A stretch of 64,000 nucleotides of DNA from Candidatus Woesebacteria bacterium. GTDB lineage: Bacteria > Patescibacteriota > Microgenomatia > UBA1400 > PJMF01. The stretch spans positions 84,651-148,650 of the forward strand of contig JASFHL010000001.1 in NCBI GenBank assembly GCA_050123235.1. Direction: 5' to 3'. Positions 9,929-19,595 of the stretch are shown piece after piece (position 1 is the stretch's first letter; each line of letters starts with the position of its first letter). A program made the position numbers and the translations under genes. The notes beneath the pieces are model-generated. The model saw only the letters and a list, made by a program, of their open reading frames with translations, did not search any database and was not told where the DNA came from.

Positions 9929-11821
9929 ATGCAAAAAGTTTCATTTTTAAAACTGAGTTTCTTGGCAGTCTTTATTTGTAGTTTCTTTTTTTTGCTGCTA
10001 ATTCGTTTATTTGATCTGCAGATTATTAGAGGTGAGCATTTTTACAAATTAGCTAATGAAAATCGTTTTTTTGAATTACCCATTGCTGCTCATCGTGGTA
10101 TTTTTTTGGATCGTTATGGGAAACCCTTAGTGCTTAATAAAAAGAGATATTTTAAACTTGAAGACGCTCAGTCACTTTTTTCTGCCAAACAGCCTTTAGA
10201 AAGAGAAGAAGCATTATTAAATATGGCTAATGATAGTGCTTCCGTCAGCTATGAATTGTATCGAGATTATCTTTTTCCCCAAAGTATGGCTCATGTTTTA
10301 GGTTTTACAGCCAAAGTAAGTACTGATGATTTGCTAGCAGACGACTATTTATTGATCAGTGATTCAATCGGCAAATCAGCTTTGGAAAGAAAATATGAAC
10401 GGCCTTTAAGAGGAGTGAGAGGCAAAGAGCTTTTTGAAATCAATACTTTAGGTCAGAAAGAAAGACTTTTGGAAAAAACAGAGGCAGTTACTGGGCAAAA
10501 CATTGAAACGACTTTAGATCCATACTTATCTGAAATTAGTTTCAAAGCTTTAGGACAAGAAAAAGGGGCGATTTTGATAGCTGATGCTAAAACTAATGAA
10601 GTTTTAGTTCTGGTTAGTAACCCAAGTTTTGATCTTAATGATTTTAGTCAAAATTTTTTTGATGAGGTAGAGGAGGCTCAACGAAAAACTAGAATAGAGG
10701 CATATTTTGCTGACGAAAATCAAGTTTTTTTTAATCGAGCTGTGGGAGCTGCTTATCCACCAGGCTCTGTTTTTAAATTAGTGACAGCCATTGCAGGTCT
10801 AGAAACAGGATCGATCGATCAAGGCACAGCAGTGGTTGATGAAGGAATACTTAAAGTTGGTGATTGGGAGTATGCCAATTGGTATTACACCCAGTATGGT
10901 CGGACAGAAGGTTCCATCTCTTTAATTAGGGCGATTTCCAGGAGTAATGACATCTTTTTTTATAAAACAGCTGAATGGGTTGGGCCAGACAAGCTAGCTG
11001 CTTTTGCTAGAGATTTTGGTTTTGGTCAAAAAACTGGTATTGAGTTGGGTTCTGAGGCTAATGGCTTAGTGCCTGATCCAGCTTGGAAGGAGGAGGTAAT
11101 TGGTGAACGATGGTATCTAGGTAATACTTATCATTTTGGCATTGGGCAGGGCGATCTTTTAGTCAGTCCAGTGCAAATTTTACAAATGGTTCAGACTTTT
11201 GCTAATAAAGGTACACTTTGTCGTCCGACTTTGTTGAAGAATCAAGCAGAGCGTTGTAGTGGTTTAAGTTTGAAAAGAGAAAATTTGGATTTAGTTTTGA
11301 AGGGAATGCTCAATGCTTGTAGCTCCGGAGGGACTGCTTTTCCTTTTTTTAAATTTAATCAAAAAAAACGAGCTCAAACTGAAGAAGGAGCAACAGCACT
11401 TGACCCTTTTCAAGAAATTAATAATGGAGCAATTGCTTGTAAAACAGGCACAGCTGAATTTGGAGCTGCTGATGCTAGAGGTTATAGAAAAACTCATGCT
11501 TGGTTTGTGGCCATAGTGGGAGTAGGGGAGCTGAAAGAAGAAGCAGAAAAATTGACTGAAGAGCAAACTCTTAGTGAATCGAGCATAGAAGAAGTAAGCA
11601 GCAGCGCTGAAAGCATTGTGGCGGCTTTAATGGGAAAAAAGATTTTTGATAAAGAAAAACGCGCTAAGTGGTTGGCTCAGCTTAAGGAACATGCTTTTCC
11701 AGATACTTTAGTGATTGTGGCATTAATAGAAAGTAATGATGATAATCCTTATAAAGAAGGATCCCAGGATGCGGCCCCAGTGGTTAAAGAGATTTTGGAT
11801 TGGATTTTTGGAGGAGAGTAA
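9929..11821 (+). CDS. mrdA: penicillin-binding protein 2 (peptidoglycan D,D-transpeptidase)
   Basis: N-terminal TM anchor; transpeptidase motifs GSVFK (SxxK), SRSND (SxN), KTGTA (KTG); operon with mreBCD. Confidence 0.85.
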   Translation: MQKVSFLKLSFLAVFICSFFFLLLIRLFDLQIIRGEHFYKLANENRFFELPIAAHRGIFLDRYGKPLVLNKKRYFKLEDAQSLFSAKQPLEREEALLNMANDSASVSYELYRDYLFPQSMAHVLGFTAKVSTDDLLADDYLLISDSIGKSALERKYERPLRGVRGKELFEINTLGQKERLLEKTEAVTGQNIETTLDPYLSEISFKALGQEKGAILIADAKTNEVLVLVSNPSFDLNDFSQNFFDEVEEAQRKTRIEAYFADENQVFFNRAVGAAYPPGSVFKLVTAIAGLETGSIDQGTAVVDEGILKVGDWEYANWYYTQYGRTEGSISLIRAISRSNDIFFYKTAEWVGPDKLAAFARDFGFGQKTGIELGSEANGLVPDPAWKEEVIGERWYLGNTYHFGIGQGDLLVSPVQILQMVQTFANKGTLCRPTLLKNQAERCSGLSLKRENLDLVLKGMLNACSSGGTAFPFFKFNQKKRAQTEEGATALDPFQEINNGAIACKTGTAEFGAADARGYRKTHAWFVAIVGVGELKEEAEKLTEEQTLSESSIEEVSSSAESIVAALMGKKIFDKEKRAKWLAQLKEHAFPDTLVIVALIESNDDNPYKEGSQDAAPVVKEILDWIFGGE

Positions 11822-13712
11822 TGATTTGTTCTACAGTAGGGCTTTGCCTAATTTTTTCATCTCTTGCTAGCCAATTCCTAATATTAGCTAAATGTTTCCA
11901 ATTTGGTCTACTCCAATAAGGAAAAGTAAATAATTGTTTTTTTTCTTTAGGTTTGACTAATTTTTCAAATTGTTCTTCTTCTTTTGTTGCTGATCTTGGT
12001 TTTTCTTTTGCTGCTAGACTTTTTTTTATTCGTTGCAAAAGAGCCAGTGCTATACGTTCTGGATCAGAAAAGTTAAATGGATCCAACAAGTCTGTATCTT
12101 GGCTTGCCTTTTTCCTCTTTTTTTTAGTTTCTCTCATAAGATCATCAATTCTGTAGAATGTTCCCTGTTGAGCTTCACTTACTGCCGAGCTAAGCTCTAG
12201 CATATGCTTTATGCGACGACGGATCTCTCCAAGTTCTTCTGGTGGAAGAACTCTTGTCTTTAAAAGATTATCCATTAGCTGACTTAACGTTCTTTGCCAA
12301 GGTCTTTGACAATTTTTTAGTTTTTGTGTCAATTTGTGATTAGGGGGTACGATAGGAATAGCATCAAAACAAAAACAAATTTGTTCAGTTTTTGAATTAT
12401 ACATCATGTCTATGGCTAGACTAATAACTCCAGTCTGTTTTATCAATTGTTCGATTTTTGTTAAAAAGTTACCTCCATCTGCCATTGTTGAATTCATTAA
12501 GTTGTAAAATAGGACGCAAGATTGATGGTCAGCAAAAATTAAGGGGTGCTGATCTTCTAGTTGCTTAATCGTCACTCGAAAATTCTGTTCATTTTGGTCT
12601 CTAGAAGTAAAAATATTTAGCATGGCTTCAAAACTTACTCTTGGAGTAAGTTCGCTAGTACTTCTTACCGGTCCTAACTCAAGGATCAATGTAGCCATAG
12701 AATCAAATTCATTTGCAGCACCTTTACTCCCATCTTGAGGAAATACTTTGCAGAAACTTGCTGGTTCTCTAAGTTGCGCAGCAGTTAATCTAGGTAGAAC
12801 TTCAAAGAAAAAATGCGATAGAGTAGTGATTCGTTTATAGAGAGAAGGAGAAGGAGTTTCTGCTACAGTGGTGAATAGATTTTGTTTTTGTAATTGGCTT
12901 AGTTCTTGATTTAGTTCTTGAATTAAGGAAGGTAAAGCTGGTAATTGATACATAGGGGCATTATCATTCTTTTTTACTCCTGCATAACTAATATCATTTA
13001 ATCCAGTAGTAGAAATCCAGACATTTCGTTCTTGCTCTATTAGTGAAACAACCCGGTCAGCTAAAGAAATAATATCCCAAAGAGGATAGGCTCTGGTATC
13101 AGGATCTGCCAAATTTGCTTGATGTAAAGCATGTAGTATTTGTATTTTATAAGGAAAGGTGCCTGAAAGTAGATGACTATCAAGTTGTGCAGCTGCCCCA
13201 GCTGTTTTTTTTAAATAAGCCATATTTTCTGCTTGTGAAGAGCTAGCTGGATGCAATGGACTTGATTCATCTAAAAGTTTAGCTACAGTGAGACCGTAGG
13301 CTAGTGAAGTACATTGCTGAAATTCCACTTGCTCAGGAGATATTTTTAGTCTATCCTTTATTCTGTCCTCTTGGAAAAGATCAAAACTAAAGTTACTGGC
13401 AAATTGAATAACACATTCTATTTGTTCTGTAGTCATTTCTTGGACCAGAGCAATAAAAGTAGGATATCTCTCAGCGAAATTTTCACAGAATTCGTCTGGG
13501 TTTTCTAGATATTGTAGAAAGAAGTCAAGACCTTCGCTTAAATTTGCAGGTAAGAGATTTTGTGATGATTCAAGGTTTATTGCGGCGATTGTTAGTGACT
13601 CAATTTCTCGGTCAGGAAGGGAAGAATATCCATCACCTCTGCCATTGCCATCTTCAGGTGTTGCAACAACGATGCCGTCGTCAGTTCTTGGTCTTTCTTT
13701 AGTATCGACCAT
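11784..13712 (-). CDS. large hypothetical protein (642 aa), no recognisable domain, no signal peptide
   Basis: Long uninterrupted ORF; 3' end overlaps convergent PBP2 gene by 38 bp; followed upstream by about 850 bp AT-rich non-coding region. Confidence 0.4.
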   Translation of the reverse strand: MVDTKERPRTDDGIVVATPEDGNGRGDGYSSLPDREIESLTIAAINLESSQNLLPANLSEGLDFFLQYLENPDEFCENFAERYPTFIALVQEMTTEQIECVIQFASNFSFDLFQEDRIKDRLKISPEQVEFQQCTSLAYGLTVAKLLDESSPLHPASSSQAENMAYLKKTAGAAAQLDSHLLSGTFPYKIQILHALHQANLADPDTRAYPLWDIISLADRVVSLIEQERNVWISTTGLNDISYAGVKKNDNAPMYQLPALPSLIQELNQELSQLQKQNLFTTVAETPSPSLYKRITTLSHFFFEVLPRLTAAQLREPASFCKVFPQDGSKGAANEFDSMATLILELGPVRSTSELTPRVSFEAMLNIFTSRDQNEQNFRVTIKQLEDQHPLIFADHQSCVLFYNLMNSTMADGGNFLTKIEQLIKQTGVISLAIDMMYNSKTEQICFCFDAIPIVPPNHKLTQKLKNCQRPWQRTLSQLMDNLLKTRVLPPEELGEIRRRIKHMLELSSAVSEAQQGTFYRIDDLMRETKKKRKKASQDTDLLDPFNFSDPERIALALLQRIKKSLAAKEKPRSATKEEEQFEKLVKPKEKKQLFTFPYWSRPNWKHLANIRNWLARDEKIRQSPTVEQIITLLQKSNPKSL

Positions 13713-14192
13713 TTTTAGGCTTAATTATATTTTCTAATAAACTTGCTGCGAAATAAAGCCTCAATTTAGATTAAAAAATGTTTTATCTTGTAGCGAGTTT
13801 AAAATTTTTTAAGTTATTAGTTTAGATTTTTTATATTTTTGATATGTAAATAATTAAATTAATCTGTTTATAATATTTTTAAAACACACAAGCGTGTATT
13901 ATAGCATAAAGGAGAAAGGAAGGGATTCTAGGCAAGCTTAATATATAAAGTTAATTCTTTTGAGATTAAAATTGTGAGGAAGTGCTAGTTAAAAAATAAA
14001 AAAAAATAAGGAATTTGTTTAGTCATCTCTATATTGAATTGGAACCTCATTTTCTTCGTCATATCTACCTGTTTCTGGATTAAATCTTAAAATTCCTGTC
14101 AATAAAAATATTAATTTATTATAACGTATGTAGTTAATAGGTATTAAAAATAAGTTCATTTTTCAGCTTTTTACTAGATTTGAAAAAAATAA

Positions 14193-14220
14193 TGGGGGAA
14201 TGTAATTCACCCCTTTAGTT
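14193..14220 (-). terminator. intrinsic terminator (GGGGTGAAT..ATTCCCCC hairpin + U-run) for the small minus-strand ORF
   Basis: Inverted repeat tgggggaatgtaattcacccc followed on the minus strand by a run of Ts. Confidence 0.4.
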
Positions 14221-14434
14221 TATCAGCATCAGCTGCTACGGAGCCACATTCCACTAATCTGCCTTTTCCTTTGGGACTAGGTTGCCAATTGTAACATAGT
14301 CTTGTATCTACAATTTGTATGTCACCTCCAGGTAATGTAGCTGTCATTTGATATTCCTGTGGTATTTGGCTAAGAGGTGTTCTTTGTTCCCTGAGATAAT
14401 AATGCGGTTCTTTTCGACGTTTTCTCTCTGACAT
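14207..14434 (-). CDS. hypothetical small basic protein
   Basis: 75-aa ORF in an otherwise non-coding AT-rich region, own terminator; no motif. Confidence 0.25.
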   Translation of the reverse strand: MSERKRRKEPHYYLREQRTPLSQIPQEYQMTATLPGGDIQIVDTRLCYNWQPSPKGKGRLVECGSVAADADKLKG

Positions 14435-14563
14435 ATCTTTGAATTTTTATTTTTAAATGGCTACTTATTATACACTTTTTAGTTTATTAGCTCAGCTATC
14501 AGCTTGTAGAAGAAATTCTAATTTATTACACTTCCTGTAATCCAATACCGCTAAAATAGCTCA

Positions 14564-15835
14564 ATGCTCAGTATAGAAAAACAAAATTGGTTGGCACTTT
14601 TGTCAATTAATGGCATTGGTAAAAAAACATTTTTTAATTGCTACAATGCCCTAATAAAACACCAAATATCTTGGGAAGAGTTTTGGGTAGGGAGGAATTC
14701 CATCTGGCAACATTGCTCACTAAATGAAAAGCAGCAAAAATCAATTAAAAAGTTTAAAAAAGAACATAGCATTTCTTCATATTATCAAAGTCTTTTGGAA
14801 AAGAAGATTTCGGTTTTAACTTATAAAGACGCGAGCTATCCTAGTTTGCTCCAACAAATAGATGATAAACCAGTGCTTTTATTTATCAAAACTAAGACAA
14901 ATAATTTTTTAACAAAGACAAAAAATAACTCAACAGCTTATTATTGGGATCAATTGCCAGTTGCAATTGTGGGTAGTCGTAAGATAACTGTCTATGGCCG
15001 GCAGGTAACGGAGAAAATCAGCAAAGAGCTAGCTTTACTAGGAGCCACTATTATTTCTGGTTTTATGTATGGTGTAGACTTGCTTGCTCAAAAAACTGCT
15101 TTTAAATGGTCTAGGAGGACAGTTGGTATTTTAGGTTTTGGTTTTGATTATATGTATCCTCGCTCTCAAAAAAGGCTTTTTGAGCAAATGCTTGAACAAG
15201 GAGCGATTTTTGTCACTGAATATGCGCCACATGTGAGACCTAAGTTTGGTCAGTTTCCAGTACGTAATCGCATTATTGCTGGCATGTCTTTAGCCACGTT
15301 GGTGACTGAAGCTGCACTCAAAAGTGGTAGTTTGATCACAGTTCAAGCTGCTTTGGATTATGGCAGAGATGTTTTCACTGTGCCTGGTCCAATCACTAGC
15401 CCTTATAGCGAAGGTACAAAGAAATTAATCAATGATGGGGCAACGCTTATTAGCAGCGGAAAAGAGCTGATCAAAGAACTAAGCAGTGTTTATTTTTTTG
15501 ATCGTTATCAAAGGCGATTGGCTGATTTTACTTTAAAAAGTGTAAAGAAAAACCAGGCTAAAAAAGTAAGCTTTGTTTCCAAGGATGCTGCGATAGATTT
15601 TTCTAAAATAAAACACTCACAGATGAGAATGATTCAGGCTGGCCATAAAAATAAAATCAAATCTCAAAAGCAATTGGAAAAAGATATTTTACTGAGTCTA
15701 AAAACTAGAGTTTTGAATACTGATGATTTAGCTAAATTGTTTGAGATAAAAGTTGCTAAATTAAATATAGTTTTAACTTTCTTAGAGTTGAGAGGCTTGA
15801 TTGAAAAAACGGCTGAAGGGTGGGTGCGGCGGTGA
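14564..15835 (+). CDS. dprA: DNA processing protein DprA (Smf)
   Basis: Rossmann-like DprA core: VAIVGSRKITVYGRQV, VTEAALKSGSLITVQAALDYGRDVF, PGPITSP; C-terminal winged-helix-like extension. Confidence 0.85.
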   Translation: MLSIEKQNWLALLSINGIGKKTFFNCYNALIKHQISWEEFWVGRNSIWQHCSLNEKQQKSIKKFKKEHSISSYYQSLLEKKISVLTYKDASYPSLLQQIDDKPVLLFIKTKTNNFLTKTKNNSTAYYWDQLPVAIVGSRKITVYGRQVTEKISKELALLGATIISGFMYGVDLLAQKTAFKWSRRTVGILGFGFDYMYPRSQKRLFEQMLEQGAIFVTEYAPHVRPKFGQFPVRNRIIAGMSLATLVTEAALKSGSLITVQAALDYGRDVFTVPGPITSPYSEGTKKLINDGATLISSGKELIKELSSVYFFDRYQRRLADFTLKSVKKNQAKKVSFVSKDAAIDFSKIKHSQMRMIQAGHKNKIKSQKQLEKDILLSLKTRVLNTDDLAKLFEIKVAKLNIVLTFLELRGLIEKTAEGWVRR

Positions 15836-15864
15836 TGCTCTGATTTTTTAAAAAAAAGAAAGGA

Positions 15865-15899
15865 GTGCCTCCTCCTTTCGGATAGCCCAGGAGGCACTA
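15865..15899. terminator. bidirectional hairpin terminator between dprA and the GC-rich small ORF
   Basis: Perfect 9-bp inverted repeat AGTGCCTCC / GGAGGCACT with 17-nt loop; T-runs on both sides. Confidence 0.5.
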
Positions 15900-16142
15900 G
15901 AATAGCAGTTTTTTTAGGATGCCTGCTAGCATCCCTATCGCCAATCCGTAGATTGGCGCGGTGGGTGTGATACGGTCTGAGTGCCTGAGATAAACCCAAG
16001 CAACCAGATCTACTCCTAGCCACAGGGCTATTGCGGCTAGGAGAATCCAAGGCAACACCCCGTTCAAGAACAGAGCAATGCCTATCCCCACCATCAGGCC
16101 AAGTAAAAACTTGGCCAATTTTAGAAAAAATTCGAAGGCCAT
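15897..16142 (-). CDS. small (81 aa) membrane protein encoded in a GC-rich islet
   Basis: Three predicted TM helices; strong RBS (AGAGGAGG) 7 nt upstream of ATG; local GC about 50% versus about 34% for flanks. Confidence 0.4.
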   Translation of the reverse strand: MAFEFFLKLAKFLLGLMVGIGIALFLNGVLPWILLAAIALWLGVDLVAWVYLRHSDRITPTAPIYGLAIGMLAGILKKLLF

Positions 16143-16422
16143 TTTGCCTCCTCTTTTTTTGGAACGGTGCTCGTGTCAGGGTCGCCTTTGACCCTTCACA
16201 AACACCAGGCGGTTTTTAAGGATTATATGATACATTATTTTTTTTAGCATACGTATATTTTATGTAATGAGTTAGTATTTTATTAAAAATTAAAAACTAT
16301 TCTGCATAATTTTCCATTTGTTTTAAATTATTTGCTAAGATATATTTAGACGTGTTGCTAAATCAGAGATATTGATTTTTTTTATTTAGCGACTAAATTA
16401 TTAAAATTAATTTTTTAAAATT

Positions 16423-18600
16423 ATGAATTTAGTCATTGTTGAATCACCAACTAAAGCTCGTAAGCTCAGTGCTTATTTGGGAAAAGATTTTAAAATCGAA
16501 GCTTCAGTAGGGCATGTGCGAGATTTGCCCAAAAAAAAACTAGGCATCGATCTTGAAAAAGATTTTGCTTTGACTTATGAAGTTGACGAAGAAAAGACTA
16601 AAGTAGTCAAGCATCTGCAAACTTTAGCCAAAAAAGCAAATAAAGTCTATTTGGCCATGGATCCTGACAGAGAAGGTGAGGCTATAGCTTGGCATATACG
16701 ATATCTTTTAAAGGAGGCTCAAAAAAAGCAAAAAACTAAAGTGAAAGCTGAGTTTCTACGTTCAACTTTTCATGAAATTACAAAACGAGCAGTTTTAAAG
16801 GCAATTGATAAGCCGGGTAAAATTAGGATGGATTTAGTGGATGCTCAACAGGCTAGGCGAGTAGTTGATCGTTTGGTGGGTTATAAAGTTTCGCCAGTTT
16901 TGTGGAAAAAAGTGAGAAGAGGCTTATCTGCTGGCAGAGTTCAATCTGTGGCACTGAGATTAATTGTTGAACGGGAAAGAGAAATCAAAGCTTTTAAAGC
17001 TAAAGAATATTGGGAGATCGATGTAGCTCTGTCAGTAGCTGAAGCTGAGAAATCAGAAATTTTTAAAGAAGGAAAGGCCGTCGAAAATTTACCACAAGAT
17101 GTGCTGATTGTTTCTTTAGATAAAATTAAAGGTAAGAAATTTGGTGATCCTGTTTTTACTGAAAAGCACGCTAAACCAGTGGTCAAAGATTTGAAAACAG
17201 CCAAGTATTTAGTGCAAGACGTCGAACGAAAAGAAAGAGTTAGAAACAGCTTGCCGCCTTTTACCACTTCACTTTTGCAACAAAATGCTGCTAGCAAGTT
17301 TGGCTTTTCTGCCAGGCAAACCATGCGTTTGGCTCAGCAACTTTATGAAGAAGGTCTGATTACTTATCATCGTACTGATTCTTTTAATTTGTCCCAGTCG
17401 GCTATCAAAATGGCAAGAGATTTTATTCAAGATCAATATGGTAGTCAATATCTGCCATCTGCTCCAAGAATTTTCAAAAGTCGTTCCAAAAGCGCCCAGG
17501 AAGCTCACGAAGCCATTAGGGTAACTAAAGTTAGTTTATTGACCGATGAGATTAGAACTAAATCAAAAAAATTCACAGAACGTCATCTTAAACTCTATGC
17601 TTTAATTTGGCGACGTTTTTTAGCTAGCCAGATGAAAGCTGCCATTTATGATCAAACTACGATTTTAGTTGAGGCCTGGCCAAAGGGTAGCAAAGTTGGG
17701 TCTAGCAAAACTGTGCCCTACTTATTGAAAGCCACTGGCTCAATCATGAAGTTTGATGGTTGGACTAAGTTATTTAAAAACCCCGGTGATAAAACTTTGC
17801 CGGCTTGTGAAGTAGGTCAGGATTTGAATTATCTAGACATTAATCCTTTACAAAAATATACTCAGCCACCTGCTAGGTACAACGATGCTTCGCTTGTCAA
17901 AGAATTAGAAAAAAGAGGCATTGGTAGACCAAGCACTTATGCCAGCATCATTTCAGTTATTCAAGATAGAGCCTATGTTGAAAAAACAGAAAAGAAGTTC
18001 TTTGCTACGTCAGTAGGAATCACAGTTTCTGATTTTTTACTCAAAAATTTTTCAGACATCATGGATTATGATTTTACTGCTGAAATGGAGGAGGATTTAG
18101 ATCGCATAGCCAGGGGTGAAAAAGAGTGGAAAAATATTGTTAAAATTTTTTGGCGGCCTTTAGCAAAAATTATTCATCAAGTAGTGGAGAAAGCTGCTAG
18201 AGTTCAGATCCCAGTAGAAAAAACTGGAAAACCCTGTCCTGACTGCGGTAAAACTGACAAAGGTGAGATAGTAATCCGTACGGGTCGTTTTGGTAAATTT
18301 AAGAGTTGTAGTCGTTATCCAGATTGTAAGTACAGCGAGAACCTGGTTGAAAAACTCGAAGGTATGACTTGCCCTTTATGTAAAAAAGGGGAAGTTATTG
18401 TTAAGAAAACTCGTTGGGGAAAGCCTTTTTATGGTTGTAGTCGTTATCCAGATTGTGATTGGGCTAGTTGGAAAAAGCCAGAAAAAGGAGAAACTATTAC
18501 TCAAAGAAAATGGGAAGAAATTAAAAGAGCACGTCAAGAAAGAGCAGCCAAAAGAAAAGGAAAAAAAGGAAAATGGGCAAAAAGAAAGAAGAAAAAATAG
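16423..18600 (+). CDS. topA: DNA topoisomerase I with C-terminal zinc-ribbon repeats and lysine-rich tail
   Basis: TOPRIM N-terminus MNLVIVESPTKARKL, catalytic Tyr region LITYHRTDS, repeated CPDCG...CSRYPDC zinc fingers. Confidence 0.95.
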   Translation: MNLVIVESPTKARKLSAYLGKDFKIEASVGHVRDLPKKKLGIDLEKDFALTYEVDEEKTKVVKHLQTLAKKANKVYLAMDPDREGEAIAWHIRYLLKEAQKKQKTKVKAEFLRSTFHEITKRAVLKAIDKPGKIRMDLVDAQQARRVVDRLVGYKVSPVLWKKVRRGLSAGRVQSVALRLIVEREREIKAFKAKEYWEIDVALSVAEAEKSEIFKEGKAVENLPQDVLIVSLDKIKGKKFGDPVFTEKHAKPVVKDLKTAKYLVQDVERKERVRNSLPPFTTSLLQQNAASKFGFSARQTMRLAQQLYEEGLITYHRTDSFNLSQSAIKMARDFIQDQYGSQYLPSAPRIFKSRSKSAQEAHEAIRVTKVSLLTDEIRTKSKKFTERHLKLYALIWRRFLASQMKAAIYDQTTILVEAWPKGSKVGSSKTVPYLLKATGSIMKFDGWTKLFKNPGDKTLPACEVGQDLNYLDINPLQKYTQPPARYNDASLVKELEKRGIGRPSTYASIISVIQDRAYVEKTEKKFFATSVGITVSDFLLKNFSDIMDYDFTAEMEEDLDRIARGEKEWKNIVKIFWRPLAKIIHQVVEKAARVQIPVEKTGKPCPDCGKTDKGEIVIRTGRFGKFKSCSRYPDCKYSENLVEKLEGMTCPLCKKGEVIVKKTRWGKPFYGCSRYPDCDWASWKKPEKGETITQRKWEEIKRARQERAAKRKGKKGKWAKRKKKK

Positions 18601-19238
18601 CCCTTTTTGGCGGGGCTTTTGATCCACCACATCTTGGACACAGCCAGGTCAGCCGTGCCTTGTTGGAAGCTGGAATCGCTGATCAACTTTGCTATGTGCC
18701 CGCTGGCGTTCATGATTTTCAAAAAAATATGACAGCGGTTGAACATCGAGTGGCAATGTTAGAGTTGATTTTGAATGATGATTTGGAAGGTGAAATCTCG
18801 CTATCAAAAGAGAATCGGTATGATTTGGCTCAACGCCAGAATTCGGCTTTAGATCTGAAAGGAAAAATTAGAATTGAGTTTTGTGAGATTGAAAGAGAAG
18901 GGGTTAGTCATACTTTTGATACTTTAGAAGAATTGTCAGCTCGCTATCCAGAAAAAGATTTTTTTTGGGTGATTGGCAGTGATAATTTGGCTAAATTTCA
19001 TCTTTGGTATAACTATGAGGAGATGTTAAGAAAGTATCGTTTTTATGTTTATCCGCGCACTGATTATCCTTTTGAACCACTTTACCAAAATATGATCCCA
19101 TTAAGGAAAATGAAAGCAGTAGATGTATCTTCCACAGAGATTAGGCAGCGAGTTAAGGAAGGTAAAAGTATTACTGGTATGATTAATGCAAAAGTTGAAA
19201 AATATATTAAAAAACACAAGTTGTATAAAACTAGCTAA
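18573..19238 (+). CDS. nadD: nicotinate-nucleotide adenylyltransferase
   Basis: GGAFDPPHLGH (HxGH nucleotidyltransferase motif); start overlaps topA 3' end by about 28 nt, real start may be slightly downstream. Confidence 0.85.
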   Translation: MGKKKEEKIALFGGAFDPPHLGHSQVSRALLEAGIADQLCYVPAGVHDFQKNMTAVEHRVAMLELILNDDLEGEISLSKENRYDLAQRQNSALDLKGKIRIEFCEIEREGVSHTFDTLEELSARYPEKDFFWVIGSDNLAKFHLWYNYEEMLRKYRFYVYPRTDYPFEPLYQNMIPLRKMKAVDVSSTEIRQRVKEGKSITGMINAKVEKYIKKHKLYKTS

Positions 19239-19243
19239 TAATG

Positions 19244-19272
19244 AAGGCATTTTTTGGCCTTCGCTTTTTTTG
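19244..19272 (+). terminator. intrinsic terminator after nadD
   Basis: GAAGGC-atttttg-GCCTTC hairpin followed by T8. Confidence 0.5.
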
Positions 19273-19293
19273 CATTAAAAAAGGAGAAGCAAT

Positions 19294-19590
19294 ATGGCAA
19301 AATATAAACAATATTACACAAAAATGATCGAAGAGAACAGAAATCTCTTTTTTGAGTTTAAAAACATTCATGATAAATTCAAAAGTGAGCGTTCAAAGCA
19401 TCAAGCAGAGTTTAATCGAATCGGACAAAAAGTGAGAGATGTGATTCGCGATTGGGATCGCCGTCTTTGCAGTGCCATGGGTAAAGGGCAATATAGTCAA
19501 TATTCTTACCAGCTGTCAGAAAAGTTTTGGAATCATGCCCGAAAAGAGTTTGAGTTTATAGATCTTGTGGGAGTTAAGGTAAAAAAGTAA
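19294..19590 (+). CDS. hypothetical protein (98 aa)
   Basis: ORF with RBS GGAGAAG upstream; no motif. Confidence 0.3.
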   Translation: MAKYKQYYTKMIEENRNLFFEFKNIHDKFKSERSKHQAEFNRIGQKVRDVIRDWDRRLCSAMGKGQYSQYSYQLSEKFWNHARKEFEFIDLVGVKVKK

Positions 19591-19595
19591 TTATA

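Noticed and set aside
15836-16220. Possibility that the GC-rich islet is an SRP (4.5S) RNA or other structural RNA rather than a protein gene
   Set aside because: GGUGCU...GUCAGG resembles the start of SRP domain IV, but the apical GNRA tetraloop and the conserved AGGAAGCAGC segment are absent. An ORF with a strong RBS and a bidirectional terminator explains the region better. Left as a finding because of composition.
18376-18746. Overlapping ORFs in three frames at the topA 3' end / nadD 5' end
   Set aside because: Artefacts of the A/G-rich lysine-codon run encoding the TopA basic tail; only the topA and nadD frames carry recognisable motifs.
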